Shown in pieces: positions 38,459-50,082 of a stretch of DNA of 64,000 nucleotides. Made by a program: the position numbers and the translations under genes. The notes beneath the pieces were generated by a model. It did not search any database, had not been told where the DNA came from, and saw only the letters and a list, made by a program, of their open reading frames with translations. Position 1 is the first letter of the stretch. The number at the start of each line of letters is the position of its first letter. Origin of the DNA: Minisyncoccia bacterium (lineage in GTDB: Bacteria > Patescibacteriota > Minisyncoccia > Phycocordibacterales > UBA9973); NCBI GenBank assembly GCA_038249055.1, contig JBBRWS010000002.1:14118-78117 (forward strand), given 5' to 3'.

Positions 38459-40645
38459 TTATTCAAAATGAAGTTTAATATTTTTACTTATAAGTGTTTT
38501 AGCTAAAAGAGGGGATAGTTTTAAATCAATATCATTTTGTATTATTGCTATTGCCTCTGTTCGTGCAGCTTCTACCATTTTTATATTTTTCATTGCTTCC
38601 ATCCCAAGATCAGTGATACCCCATTGTTTATCACCACCGAGAAGTCCAGCTCCACGAAGAGATAAATCTAGTTCAGCAAGTTCAAAACCATTAGCTGCTT
38701 TAGTTAGAGCTTTCAATCTGTCTATTGTTTTATCAGTTTTAGCATCAGCAAAGAGGTAACAATAAGATTGATAAGTAGAGCGTATAACTCTACCACGAAG
38801 TTGATGGAGTTGAGCAAGGCCAAATCTTTCTGCTCCCTCTATTATAATAACAGTTGAATTTGGAATATTTACTCCTACCTCTATTACGGAGGTAGAAACT
38901 AATATATCAACTTTATGCTCAGCAAATTCTCTCATTACCTGCTCTTTTTTTTGCTTAGTCATTTTGCTATGCATTATATCAATACGATAATCTTGGAACA
39001 CTTCTTTCTTTAATCTTTTTGCTTCACTGGTTACCGATTTTACATCGAGTTTTATTTTGTCTTCTTCATCTGTTGTCTCATCTATTTTAGGACAGATTAT
39101 ATATAATTGTCTTCCTGCCCCTAGTTCTTTTTTAATCTTTTCATAAGCATCCAATCTTTTATTTTCACCAACTATTTCAGTAATAACTTCTTTTCTCCCT
39201 TCGGGCATTTGGTCAATTATAGATAAATCTAAATCCCCATAAATAGTAAGCGCGAGAGTTCGTGGGATAGGTGTAGCAGTCATAGATAAATAGTGAGGGG
39301 AGTGACCTTCTTTCTTAGCCAGTTTCATTCTCTGGTTGGTTCCAAATCGGTGTTGTTCATCTATCACCACAAGTCCTAAATCTTCAAATTCTACAGACTT
39401 TGATATTAAAGAATGAGTACCAATAACTATTGGTATTTCGCCGTTTTTAATCCATTTGAGAAGTTGGTTTTTTGCTATAGGGGTCCAAGTTTTAATTTGT
39501 TCTCCATCTTTCCATCCTCCTGATTTACTTGGAAATTTACGGCAACCAGAAGAAGTAATAAGGGCAATTGAAATACCTGTGTGTTCAAAATATTTAGTAA
39601 AGTTTTCAAAAAGCTGAGTAGCTAAAACTTCTGTTGGTGCCATATAGGCAACTTGTAAATTGCCAAAAGATTGACCAATTGGTCTATTTTTAATAACAGC
39701 ATATGCAATAGTTGCTGCAACAAATGTTTTACCACTTCCTACATCTCCTTCAACTAAACGCGACATTGGTTTATCCTTTTTTAAATCTTCAAGAATAGTA
39801 TGTATTGTAGATGTTTGAGCAGGAGTTGGTTTGAAAGGAAATCTAGAAACGAAATCTTTAATATCACTATCTTTAACAATAAGTTTATATGAAAAAAGTT
39901 CCTCATATTTTTTACGTTCTTGTTGGCGAGCAAGTTGTATAAAAAATACTTCTTCGAAGGCAAATCTTTTTCGAGCAATCTCTGCGTGTTCTTTCTTTTG
40001 GGGGGAGTGTATCCAAACAAGAGCAGTATGTAGAGAGGGTAATTTGTATTTATTTAAAATTTCTTTGTCTAAATAATCTGGAATATTTTTAATACAATCT
40101 GACTTTAGAATTTTTTTGATTGCATGGTACATCCATTTTGAAGTAATACCTTTTGATTCTGGATAAATTGGATAACCATATTGGCTACCCCCTTCCGCTT
40201 TTTGAAAAAGTGAATCATGTAAATCAATTGGAAGAATATCCTCTTTATTTATTTCAGGGTTTGTAAGTGTTAGTCCATATGTTTTACTTTCTGAAACTTT
40301 ACCAGTAACACGAACCGTGGAACCTTCTTTTAGCATTTTTGCTAAGTATGGTTGATGAAACCAAACAATATTTATCTTTCCAGTAAGATCAGTGATAGTA
40401 GCTTGACCCATAGGAATTTTACTTTTAAAACCTTTTTTTGTTTGTAATTTAGATATGATTCCTATAATTGTAACTTGTTCACCGTCTTGTAAAGTATTTA
40501 TATAGCGGAACTCACTTATGTCTGTATATCGAGAGGGAAAATAATATAAAAGATCTCGAACCTCCATTATTCCAAGTCGAGTTAATGCCTTTTTTTGATT
40601 TATATCTATTCTAAATTGAGATTCTATTTTATCAGTTAATAACAT
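38459..40645 (-). CDS. recG: ATP-dependent DNA helicase RecG
   Basis: GDVGSGKT, MAPTEVLA, DEQHRFG, MTATPIPRTL, QLHQLRGRV; start likely ATG 40645. Confidence 0.97.
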   Translation of the reverse strand: MLLTDKIESQFRIDINQKKALTRLGIMEVRDLLYYFPSRYTDISEFRYINTLQDGEQVTIIGIISKLQTKKGFKSKIPMGQATITDLTGKINIVWFHQPYLAKMLKEGSTVRVTGKVSESKTYGLTLTNPEINKEDILPIDLHDSLFQKAEGGSQYGYPIYPESKGITSKWMYHAIKKILKSDCIKNIPDYLDKEILNKYKLPSLHTALVWIHSPQKKEHAEIARKRFAFEEVFFIQLARQQERKKYEELFSYKLIVKDSDIKDFVSRFPFKPTPAQTSTIHTILEDLKKDKPMSRLVEGDVGSGKTFVAATIAYAVIKNRPIGQSFGNLQVAYMAPTEVLATQLFENFTKYFEHTGISIALITSSGCRKFPSKSGGWKDGEQIKTWTPIAKNQLLKWIKNGEIPIVIGTHSLISKSVEFEDLGLVVIDEQHRFGTNQRMKLAKKEGHSPHYLSMTATPIPRTLALTIYGDLDLSIIDQMPEGRKEVITEIVGENKRLDAYEKIKKELGAGRQLYIICPKIDETTDEEDKIKLDVKSVTSEAKRLKKEVFQDYRIDIMHSKMTKQKKEQVMREFAEHKVDILVSTSVIEVGVNIPNSTVIIIEGAERFGLAQLHQLRGRVIRSTYQSYCYLFADAKTDKTIDRLKALTKAANGFELAELDLSLRGAGLLGGDKQWGITDLGMEAMKNIKMVEAARTEAIAIIQNDIDLKLSPLLAKTLISKNIKLHFE

Positions 40646-40760
40646 AATCAAGAGGAGAAAAATTATTTTTTGTTTTATCTCCGTAAAGAACAATACCGCC
40701 TATAGCTATAAATATAATTAGTAAAATTATAGTTCTTGTTTTACTTAATTCTTTTTTCAT
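40632..40760 (-). CDS. small single-TM protein (42 aa)
   Basis: MKKELSKTRTIILLIIFIAIGGIVLYG...; TATAAT 6 nt upstream; overlaps the recG start. Confidence 0.5.
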   Translation of the reverse strand: MKKELSKTRTIILLIIFIAIGGIVLYGDKTKNNFSPLDYVIN

Positions 40761-40790
40761 GTAAATATTATATCAGAATATTTTATATTG

Positions 40791-40879
40791 CGGAGACGGC
40801 GAGATTCGAACTCGCGAGGGGGTTTGAAGCCCCTGCCTCTTTAGCAAAGAGGTACGTTAGACCACTCTGACACGTCTCC
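40791..40879 (-). tRNA. tRNA-Ser (GCU)
   Basis: GGAGACG/CGTCTCC acceptor, CCTCT-TTGCTAA-AGAGG, long variable arm, G73. Confidence 0.95.
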
Positions 40880-41110
40880 TTAATATACAAAGTAACACAA
40901 TTATGCTTATTTCTCAATAATATTTTATTATTAAAAATAAATGTGTTAGTATATTGAGGTTAGTAAAAATGAAATACGGAGGCGTGGATATGAAATATAA
41001 ACTGCTTTATATTTCATCCGTTCAGTTCAAAACTGACAATCTTATGTGCGAAGCACAAGATTGAGGGAAGGGTCCGGTAGGACACGAAGACACGCCGACG
41101 AGCTACGCGA

Positions 41111-41196
41111 GGAGGCGTGGATGAGTGGCTTAAATCAACGGTTTACTAAACCGTCGTCCCCTTAAAGGACCGTGAGTTCGAATCTCACCGCCTCCG
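41111..41196 (+). tRNA. tRNA-Ser (anticodon ACU)
   Basis: GGAGGCG/CGCCTCC acceptor, ACGGT-TTACTAA-ACCGT, long variable arm, G73, T-arm GTGAG-TTCGAAT-CTCAC. Confidence 0.88.
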
Positions 41197-41237
41197 CATG
41201 TTGAAAAAATTGCCCTTTTATGGGGCATTTTTTCTTA

Positions 41238-41669
41238 TGCGGAGGTGAACAAATGAACTGCTTCATTTGTGTGTGAGATTCGAAAGACTTTTCCTTGTTG
41301 TAGACGGAAAAGTACCCGCCGCAGTATCGGCGAATCTCACCGCCTCCGCAAAAAACAGAAAACCCGAAAGGGTTTTTCTTTTTGCGGGCGAAAGAGCAAA
41401 CTGCTTTGCTCTTGTGTGAGATTCGAAAGACTTTTCGTTCTCTGGTGTTAACCAGAGCGAAAAGTACCTGGCTATGTAGTAGCCGAAAAATGTACTCATG
41501 GTCTCACTGCTACATTCGAAAGACTTTTTTTTATTGAAGATAGAAATACCTCAATTAACAAATTGACCTACTGGGCGCCGCAGTATCGGCGAATCTCACC
41601 GCCTCCGCAAATAATAAAAATAGAGGTTGTACGTCTACGGGAGACGTCCAACCTCTATTTTTATTATTT
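41238..41669. repeat. tRNA-Ser-tailored structured repeat array plus a family A palindrome
   Basis: GTGAGATTCGAAAGACTTTT...AAAAGTACC...CTCAC units; 41609-41669 contains the exact reverse complement of the palindrome at 31824-31874. Confidence 0.9.
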
Positions 41670-41672
41670 TTT

Positions 41673-42179
41673 TTATTTTAAACTTTCTGCAAGTTTTTCG
41701 AGAGAGCTTTCCCAGCCTTCCTTCATACCACTTTTAATCATAGCTTCAAGTGCCGTGTCAGATTCTGGTGCATAGAGGATTGTAAGTTTTGTTTTACCCG
41801 CTTCTTTTTCTTCAAAAGTTACCGTTGCTATATTTTCTGATGGAAAATTTGGAGACATGCCGTAGTCGGCTGGTGTTATCATTTCACCGTCTTCATTTGA
41901 AAAATAATCAGTAACTACAAGTTTTTCCATTGGTATAATTTCTTTATAAATACCCGCGCTATACATAACTTTGTCCCATTGCGAACCCGCCGGTCCTTGC
42001 ATGGCAAAAATATATTTTCCGCCAACCCTTAAATCGATTTTTATTGATGGTGCAGTAAATCCCTTTGGCCCCCACCATTTCATAGCCATCTCAGGTATTG
42101 TCCATGCTTTCCAAACCAACTCCCTGGGAACATTAAAAGTTTTTTCTATTCTTATTTCTCTTTTATTTGTATTTTCCAT
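41673..42179 (-). CDS. SRPBCC/AHSA1 domain protein
   Basis: PRELVWKAWT..WWGPKGF...DLRVGG; GWESSLEKL. Confidence 0.9.
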   Translation of the reverse strand: MENTNKREIRIEKTFNVPRELVWKAWTIPEMAMKWWGPKGFTAPSIKIDLRVGGKYIFAMQGPAGSQWDKVMYSAGIYKEIIPMEKLVVTDYFSNEDGEMITPADYGMSPNFPSENIATVTFEEKEAGKTKLTILYAPESDTALEAMIKSGMKEGWESSLEKLAESLK

Positions 42180-42355
42180 ATTATTTATTTTTTCAATTAA
42201 TTAATAATATAAACCTGTAATAATATTTTATCATATATAAATCAATTTAAAACTGAAGTTAAGTTACAATAAACATGCAATTTTGTTGATAACTATTTTA
42301 ATCTCAAATGAACAGTAGTATAATTAATGTATTATTAATTGTTAATATAATTTAT

Positions 42356-42856
42356 ATGGAAAAATCAAATACATTTTGGATTGTTGCAGTTGTAATAGTT
42401 TTTATTTTGGGAGGATGGTATTTTATGTCGATGAAGTCTACACAAACAAACTTATATCCATCTAAAAATGTGGATTCAAATAGTTCAATAGAACAAAATA
42501 ATGTTGAGCAAAAAAGTGCTACGCGTACCATTAATGTTTCTTCGGATCCAAATTTAGGTAATTATTTAGTAGCATCAAATGGGATGACACTTTATATGTT
42601 TACTAAAGATGCACCTAGTGTAAGTAATTGCTATGACGCATGTGCTGTTAATTGGCCTGTTTATTCTGTTCCTATTAACGAGCCTCTAACACTTGGAGAT
42701 GGTATTACTGGTCAGTTAGCCACAATTACTCGTACTGATGGTTCTTCTCAGCTTACGTATAATGGCACACCTCTTTATTTTTGGAAAAATGATTTAAAAA
42801 TTGGTGATGTAACAGGACAAAATGTTGGGGGTGTTTGGTTCGTTGTTAAGCCATAA
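42356..42856 (+). CDS. membrane-anchored protein with secreted repeats (COG4315-like)
   Basis: GMTLYMFTKD..SNCYDACAVNWP; YNGTPLYFWKND..GDVTGQ.VGGVWFV. Confidence 0.85.
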   Translation: MEKSNTFWIVAVVIVFILGGWYFMSMKSTQTNLYPSKNVDSNSSIEQNNVEQKSATRTINVSSDPNLGNYLVASNGMTLYMFTKDAPSVSNCYDACAVNWPVYSVPINEPLTLGDGITGQLATITRTDGSSQLTYNGTPLYFWKNDLKIGDVTGQNVGGVWFVVKP

Positions 42857-43054
42857 TTTTTTAATATATAATTGTATAAGCAAAAGAACCTGAAGTTTTT
42901 TAAAATTTCAGGTTCTTTTCTATATTTATGTCTCATTTTTTTACCCAGCCAAAATATGCTAGAATGCTTTTATCAGAGTTGTAATCGTGGATATTTATTT
43001 CATATTGTCCGCACATAAAAATATAAAAAGGACTCACATTACAAAAATATATTA

Positions 43055-45410
<2,356 letters not shown>

Positions 45411-45534
45411 TATTTTAAATTTATAGATTAAACAAAAAAGACCCTAAGGGTCTTTTTTGTTTGGCATGTAATTATTTGACAATTTCATAAATAAATGTAT
45501 AATTAATCTAAACTTATTTTATAAATAAAAAGTT

Positions 45535-45972
45535 ATGACGAAGAGAAAAGTAGAAAAAGGTACGGTTGCTGTTAATAGGTATTCACCCGAAAAACTCGCA
45601 ATGTTTAAGAAAAATATTTTACTTAAACTCGAGGAAACGATTAAAAGTCGGGATTACCACTTAGGGATGATGAGGGGTAACGAAAACGGGACTGATGATA
45701 CCTCATCTAGTTTTAATGATTTGGAAGACGGGAAATTAACCCTAACAAAAAAAGAGGCAGAAATCTTTTGGAAAAGGGATGTAGCCCTGATTCCATTTTT
45801 AAAAAATGCCTTAGTTCGCATCGAAAACAAAAATTACGGAATTTGCTATGAGACCGGTAAATTTATTCCGGAAGAACGCTTAATCGCCGTTCCTCATGCT
45901 ACTCGTAGTATTGAAGGAAAAGGTATTGAAGAAAAACGTAATTTTTCTAAACACGTAGTTATTAATCGCTAA
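45535..45972 (+). CDS. TraR/DksA family transcription factor
   Basis: LKNALVRIENKNYGICYETGKFIPEERLIAVPHAT. Confidence 0.85.
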   Translation: MTKRKVEKGTVAVNRYSPEKLAMFKKNILLKLEETIKSRDYHLGMMRGNENGTDDTSSSFNDLEDGKLTLTKKEAEIFWKRDVALIPFLKNALVRIENKNYGICYETGKFIPEERLIAVPHATRSIEGKGIEEKRNFSKHVVINR

Positions 45973-46072
45973 CTTTATCTTCTTAACTTTAACTAAAAAT
46001 GTAAAACTGGTCACTTCAAACAAATGAAGTGACCTTTTTTAATAATTATTGAATTAATGTTATAATTCAATA

Positions 46073-46210
46073 ATGAAATTCGATTTTAATAAATATTGGA
46101 TTATAGTTTCATTTTTAATTATTATAAATATTATTTTATTTATAAATATGTCTAAAATGATGGAAACTTTCGTTATAAACCATATTGTAGATACACAAGT
46201 AATAAATTAA
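46073..46210 (+). CDS. small single-TM protein (45 aa)
   Basis: MKFDFNKYWIIVSFLIIINIILFI...; TATAAT 6 nt upstream. Confidence 0.45.
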   Translation: MKFDFNKYWIIVSFLIIINIILFINMSKMMETFVINHIVDTQVIN

Positions 46211-46226
46211 TTAATTTAAAATAAAA

Positions 46227-46769
46227 ATGATAGATAAGACACAATTAACATTCGGACAGAAGATAAAAAAAAATATTTGGAAACACTTATATTTTGTATT
46301 TCCTTGGGTTCAAGCTCACTTTTTAAAATGGCATTTAGCTTGGCATGAAAAAGGACGTCAGCCATATCACATAGGATGGCTTGCCCCGGGTAAAACTCTA
46401 CAAGAATTAGAGCATCATCTTCATAGTGAATGGGGATTTGGAAACCATTTCGTAGCTTGGAAAGACAATGGTCAAGTTCTTTCTTGGCGTAAGCTTGAAA
46501 ATTTTGATGATCAATATCATATTCGTGTATTTAAAGATGGTGAAATAAGAGGTCACCACGAATATACTCCAGAAAGTAAACCATTTGAACATTTTGGAGA
46601 AATAAACGAACAGCCTCGAATTGAAGAATTCAGAAAATTTCTTGGAAATTATATCGTTCAAAGAAAATATATCTCACATCTTAGACCTGATGTGAATATA
46701 GCTCCCGATTCAGAAATAACTGTTGATGATAAAAACTATACAAAAAATGGAAGAAAACACAAGAATTAG
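46227..46769 (+). CDS. hypothetical protein
   Basis: 180-aa Trp/His-rich ORF. Confidence 0.7.
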   Translation: MIDKTQLTFGQKIKKNIWKHLYFVFPWVQAHFLKWHLAWHEKGRQPYHIGWLAPGKTLQELEHHLHSEWGFGNHFVAWKDNGQVLSWRKLENFDDQYHIRVFKDGEIRGHHEYTPESKPFEHFGEINEQPRIEEFRKFLGNYIVQRKYISHLRPDVNIAPDSEITVDDKNYTKNGRKHKN

Positions 46770-46891
46770 TGGCTAGGTTCTAGAAAATAATTAGTTTCTA
46801 GTAGATAGTGACTAGGTTCTAGAAAAAATGCAAATATAAAATGCCCCGATGTTACATCGGGGCATTTTAACTAATCACTAATCACTAAAAA

Positions 46892-48088
46892 CTATTCACT
46901 AATTTTCGTCTCCGGATAAACTATATCCCATAAAGCACTCGCTACATTATGTGGTTTACCTACGAGGGGGAAGTGATGAAGATCTATAAATGGAGCACTG
47001 TTACATTCGATAACCCCACATCTTGGTTGGTCCTTCCATGAAATAGATACATCATCCATTATAAAATCTACTCCTATAAGAGGGTCATCAAGTACTTCTG
47101 CTACTTTTTCAAGCATTTCTTTATTGTCAGGATGTACAATATCAGTCATATCAGTAATTCCACCTCCTACAGCTCTACTTGTTTTTTGTCCGAGAGTTAT
47201 TAGCTCATCTTTTTTTGGAATGGTATTTTCATTATGATTCCAGTTTTTTAATTCTTTTATTGCTTCATCATCTAGTTTTAGTTGGTGAAATATTGGTCCT
47301 TGTCTGAGAGGATTTTTATTTTCAATTTCTATGAGTTCTTTTATGTTATGAATTCCATCTCCTATTACATATGCTGGTTCACGGCGAAGGCAAGCGATAA
47401 GTTTTCCTCCAATTAGAGTTCCTCTAAAAACGTAACCAGAAAGTTCTTCTTCTATCATTACCCAAGGGGAAAGTTGACGAGCTATTTTAAAGGCAGTTAA
47501 AAATTCATCCGCACTATTTAAATGAGTTCTAGTATGGCGACTTCGTGAACCAAGATTTGGTTTTGTAATTACAGGTTTATCTAAAGAATTAAAAATCTTT
47601 AAAGCGTTCTTTGTAGAATGAGTCACTCCACCACGCGCTACTTTTATTCCAGCTTTTTCAAAGTGTTTTTTCATCTCACCTTTATTATCCATCCATTCCA
47701 ATCCTTTTGGATTATATATTTTTGGACGAGGTAAAACATCAAAAAATCTTTTATCTTTATTAAATTCTGATACGAAAATATCATGACCAATATTAAAAAG
47801 TCTAAATTCGTACATATTTATTCCTCTTTTTATAGCTTCTTCCCAAAGGACCTGTGCTCTACCACTATCATCTTTTTGAGGTTCGTATGTTATTTTGCCG
47901 AGTTTTAAAAAAGTTAAAGTTTTTGTTAATCCAGTACCCATCCAATCAAATGATGATTCGGGAATTAATTTACCCATCCAATTTGTCCAAGGTTCAATCA
48001 AAACACCCATTAAAATTGAGGTATAAACAATACCATGATTTACCTGACTCCCTCCACAATCAACACAATATTTTTTTGTTTTTTTCAT
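46892..48088 (-). CDS. ATP-grasp protein, cyanophycin synthetase/GshF-like
   Basis: PVITKP, REPAYVIGDGIHNIKELIEIEN..P.R, GVDFI, IECNSAP..LH.FP..GKP. Confidence 0.85.
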   Translation of the reverse strand: MKKTKKYCVDCGGSQVNHGIVYTSILMGVLIEPWTNWMGKLIPESSFDWMGTGLTKTLTFLKLGKITYEPQKDDSGRAQVLWEEAIKRGINMYEFRLFNIGHDIFVSEFNKDKRFFDVLPRPKIYNPKGLEWMDNKGEMKKHFEKAGIKVARGGVTHSTKNALKIFNSLDKPVITKPNLGSRSRHTRTHLNSADEFLTAFKIARQLSPWVMIEEELSGYVFRGTLIGGKLIACLRREPAYVIGDGIHNIKELIEIENKNPLRQGPIFHQLKLDDEAIKELKNWNHNENTIPKKDELITLGQKTSRAVGGGITDMTDIVHPDNKEMLEKVAEVLDDPLIGVDFIMDDVSISWKDQPRCGVIECNSAPFIDLHHFPLVGKPHNVASALWDIVYPETKISE

Positions 48089-48218
48089 TATCCGATACTA
48101 AAATTTATTAATATATTATTATTCTGACTATTAGTATAATAGCATGAAAATTTTTTATTATAAATTTTCAGAGGTCCAACCCCTACTGACAACTAGAAAC
48201 TATCTACTAGAACCTAAT

Positions 48219-48890
48219 CTAGTGTGCAATTGTAAATCCAAAAACTCTCTTAGCTCCAGCTTTTTTAAGAATTCTCATCATTTCTTTTATGGTTCCACCT
48301 GTCGTTACCACATCATCTATCACAATAATGGTTCTACCTTTTAATATTTCTTTATTTTTTATTTCAAAAACATTTTTTACGTTTTCAAGCCTCATTTTTT
48401 TATTTGTTATTTTTGCCTGAGGAATAGTATCTACTTTTTTTACAATAATTTCATTTTTTAATTCAAAGACTGCTTTTCCTCCGGAATTACAAAACCCTTT
48501 TGCAATCATTAGAGCTTGATTATATCCGCGCAGTTTAGTTTTATTCCTTGAAATTGGAATAGGAATGATATATAAGGTTCTACCAGAAATATCCATTTTT
48601 ATATCCGAAATATCCTCCAATAGATATTCATACAATAATTTACCGAGTTTTTCTCCCAAATAGCGTTTATTGTGATATTTTAATTCCCATATAACTTTTT
48701 TTATTATTGGGTCTTTGTAAGAAAAAATAGTTTTTATATTTTCATCTAATTCTTTATCATTTAGACTTATTTTTGCAATACAATTATCACATAAAATTTC
48801 GTTTTTTATCTGACATCCGGTACACTTAATAGGGAACATTATATCTAATAAAAAATTCTTGATTTTATTGGTATAAAAATAGATTTTCAT
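48219..48890 (-). CDS. comF: ComF family phosphoribosyltransferase
   Basis: FPIKCTGC..LCDNC, RGYNQA, VIDDVVTTGGT. Confidence 0.92.
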   Translation of the reverse strand: MKIYFYTNKIKNFLLDIMFPIKCTGCQIKNEILCDNCIAKISLNDKELDENIKTIFSYKDPIIKKVIWELKYHNKRYLGEKLGKLLYEYLLEDISDIKMDISGRTLYIIPIPISRNKTKLRGYNQALMIAKGFCNSGGKAVFELKNEIIVKKVDTIPQAKITNKKMRLENVKNVFEIKNKEILKGRTIIVIDDVVTTGGTIKEMMRILKKAGAKRVFGFTIAH

Positions 48891-48935
48891 TTTCTTATTT
48901 TACAGTAGATATGTTATAATAGATACTGATTAATC

Positions 48936-50072
48936 ATGGATAATTCACTTAAAAAAATTTTTTCTGAAGGGCTAACTAATCTTTCGAATGTTTTCAATTC
49001 GGATAAGAATAAAGATGAGGCACTCGGGATTGATATTGGTTCTTCTGCAATAAAAGTTGTACAACTAAAAAAGAAAGGAGGAAAGGCCATACTTGAAACG
49101 TATGGAATTCTTTCGCTAGGACCTTATGGTAAAGCAGATATAGGAGCAGTTACAAATTTACCAACGGAAGATATTTCTCGTGCTTTATTAGATGTAATCA
49201 AAGAGTCAAACGTCACTACAAATTCAGCTGTAATTGCTATTCCTTCTCTCTCAAGTTTGATTTTCACTCTTTCTTTACCAGGTAATATATCTGAAAACCA
49301 AATTGCAAAAATTGTTCCAATTGAGGCTCGTAAATATATCCCAGTTCCTATTTCAGAAGTTGCGCTCGATTGGTTTGTAATTCCACAAGAAGCAGAGTCC
49401 TTTGAAACAGATGGAACAGAACAAAGCACCACACAATCAAAAATAGAAGTTTTAGTTGTGGCAATTCACAATGATACATTGTCAAAGTATCAAGACATTC
49501 TAAAAAAAACTGATTTACACTCTCAATCTTTTGAAATGGAAATTTTTAGTAATATTCGGTCTTCATTTAATCATGACTTAGCCCCAGTATTGCTTGTTGA
49601 TTTTGGAGCTTCAAAAACAAAAGTTTCAATTGTTGAAGCTGGAATAGTTCGCGTGTTCCACGTGGTTAATCGTGGTTCTCAAGATATAAGTAAAAACATA
49701 TCACAATCCATGGGTATTACATTTGAGGAAGCAGAGAAATTAAAAAGAACAATAGGTCTTGATGCTAGAATGGACCCAAAAGTAGAGAATATAGTTCGTT
49801 TATCCGTTGACTATATCTTTTCAGATATCAACAGTGTTGTGCTTGCGTACGAGAAGAAGTATAATAAAAACATTAGTAAAGTTATTTTAGTTGGAGGGGG
49901 TTCTTTATTAAGAGGGCTACTCGATCGTGCTAAAGAAAATTTTAAAACCGAAGTTACTTACAGTAATCCTTTTTTGAAAACAGAAGCTCCTGCGTTCCTC
50001 GGACCGATATTAGAAATTAGTGGACCTGAGTTTGCTGTAGCCGTTGGTCTAGCGCTACGACAATTATCATAA
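48936..50072 (+). CDS. pilM: type IV pilus assembly protein PilM
   Basis: GIDIGSSAIKVVQL, VDFGASKT, LVGGGS, AVAVGLALR. Confidence 0.93.
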   Translation: MDNSLKKIFSEGLTNLSNVFNSDKNKDEALGIDIGSSAIKVVQLKKKGGKAILETYGILSLGPYGKADIGAVTNLPTEDISRALLDVIKESNVTTNSAVIAIPSLSSLIFTLSLPGNISENQIAKIVPIEARKYIPVPISEVALDWFVIPQEAESFETDGTEQSTTQSKIEVLVVAIHNDTLSKYQDILKKTDLHSQSFEMEIFSNIRSSFNHDLAPVLLVDFGASKTKVSIVEAGIVRVFHVVNRGSQDISKNISQSMGITFEEAEKLKRTIGLDARMDPKVENIVRLSVDYIFSDINSVVLAYEKKYNKNISKVILVGGGSLLRGLLDRAKENFKTEVTYSNPFLKTEAPAFLGPILEISGPEFAVAVGLALRQLS

Positions 50073-50082
50073 ATATATAATT

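Noticed and set aside
31806-41775. ORFs 31806-31997, 41263-41499, 41269-41451, 41563-41775 and 36222-36461
   Set aside because: They are translations of repeat DNA; IKIEVVR recurs because of the family A palindrome.
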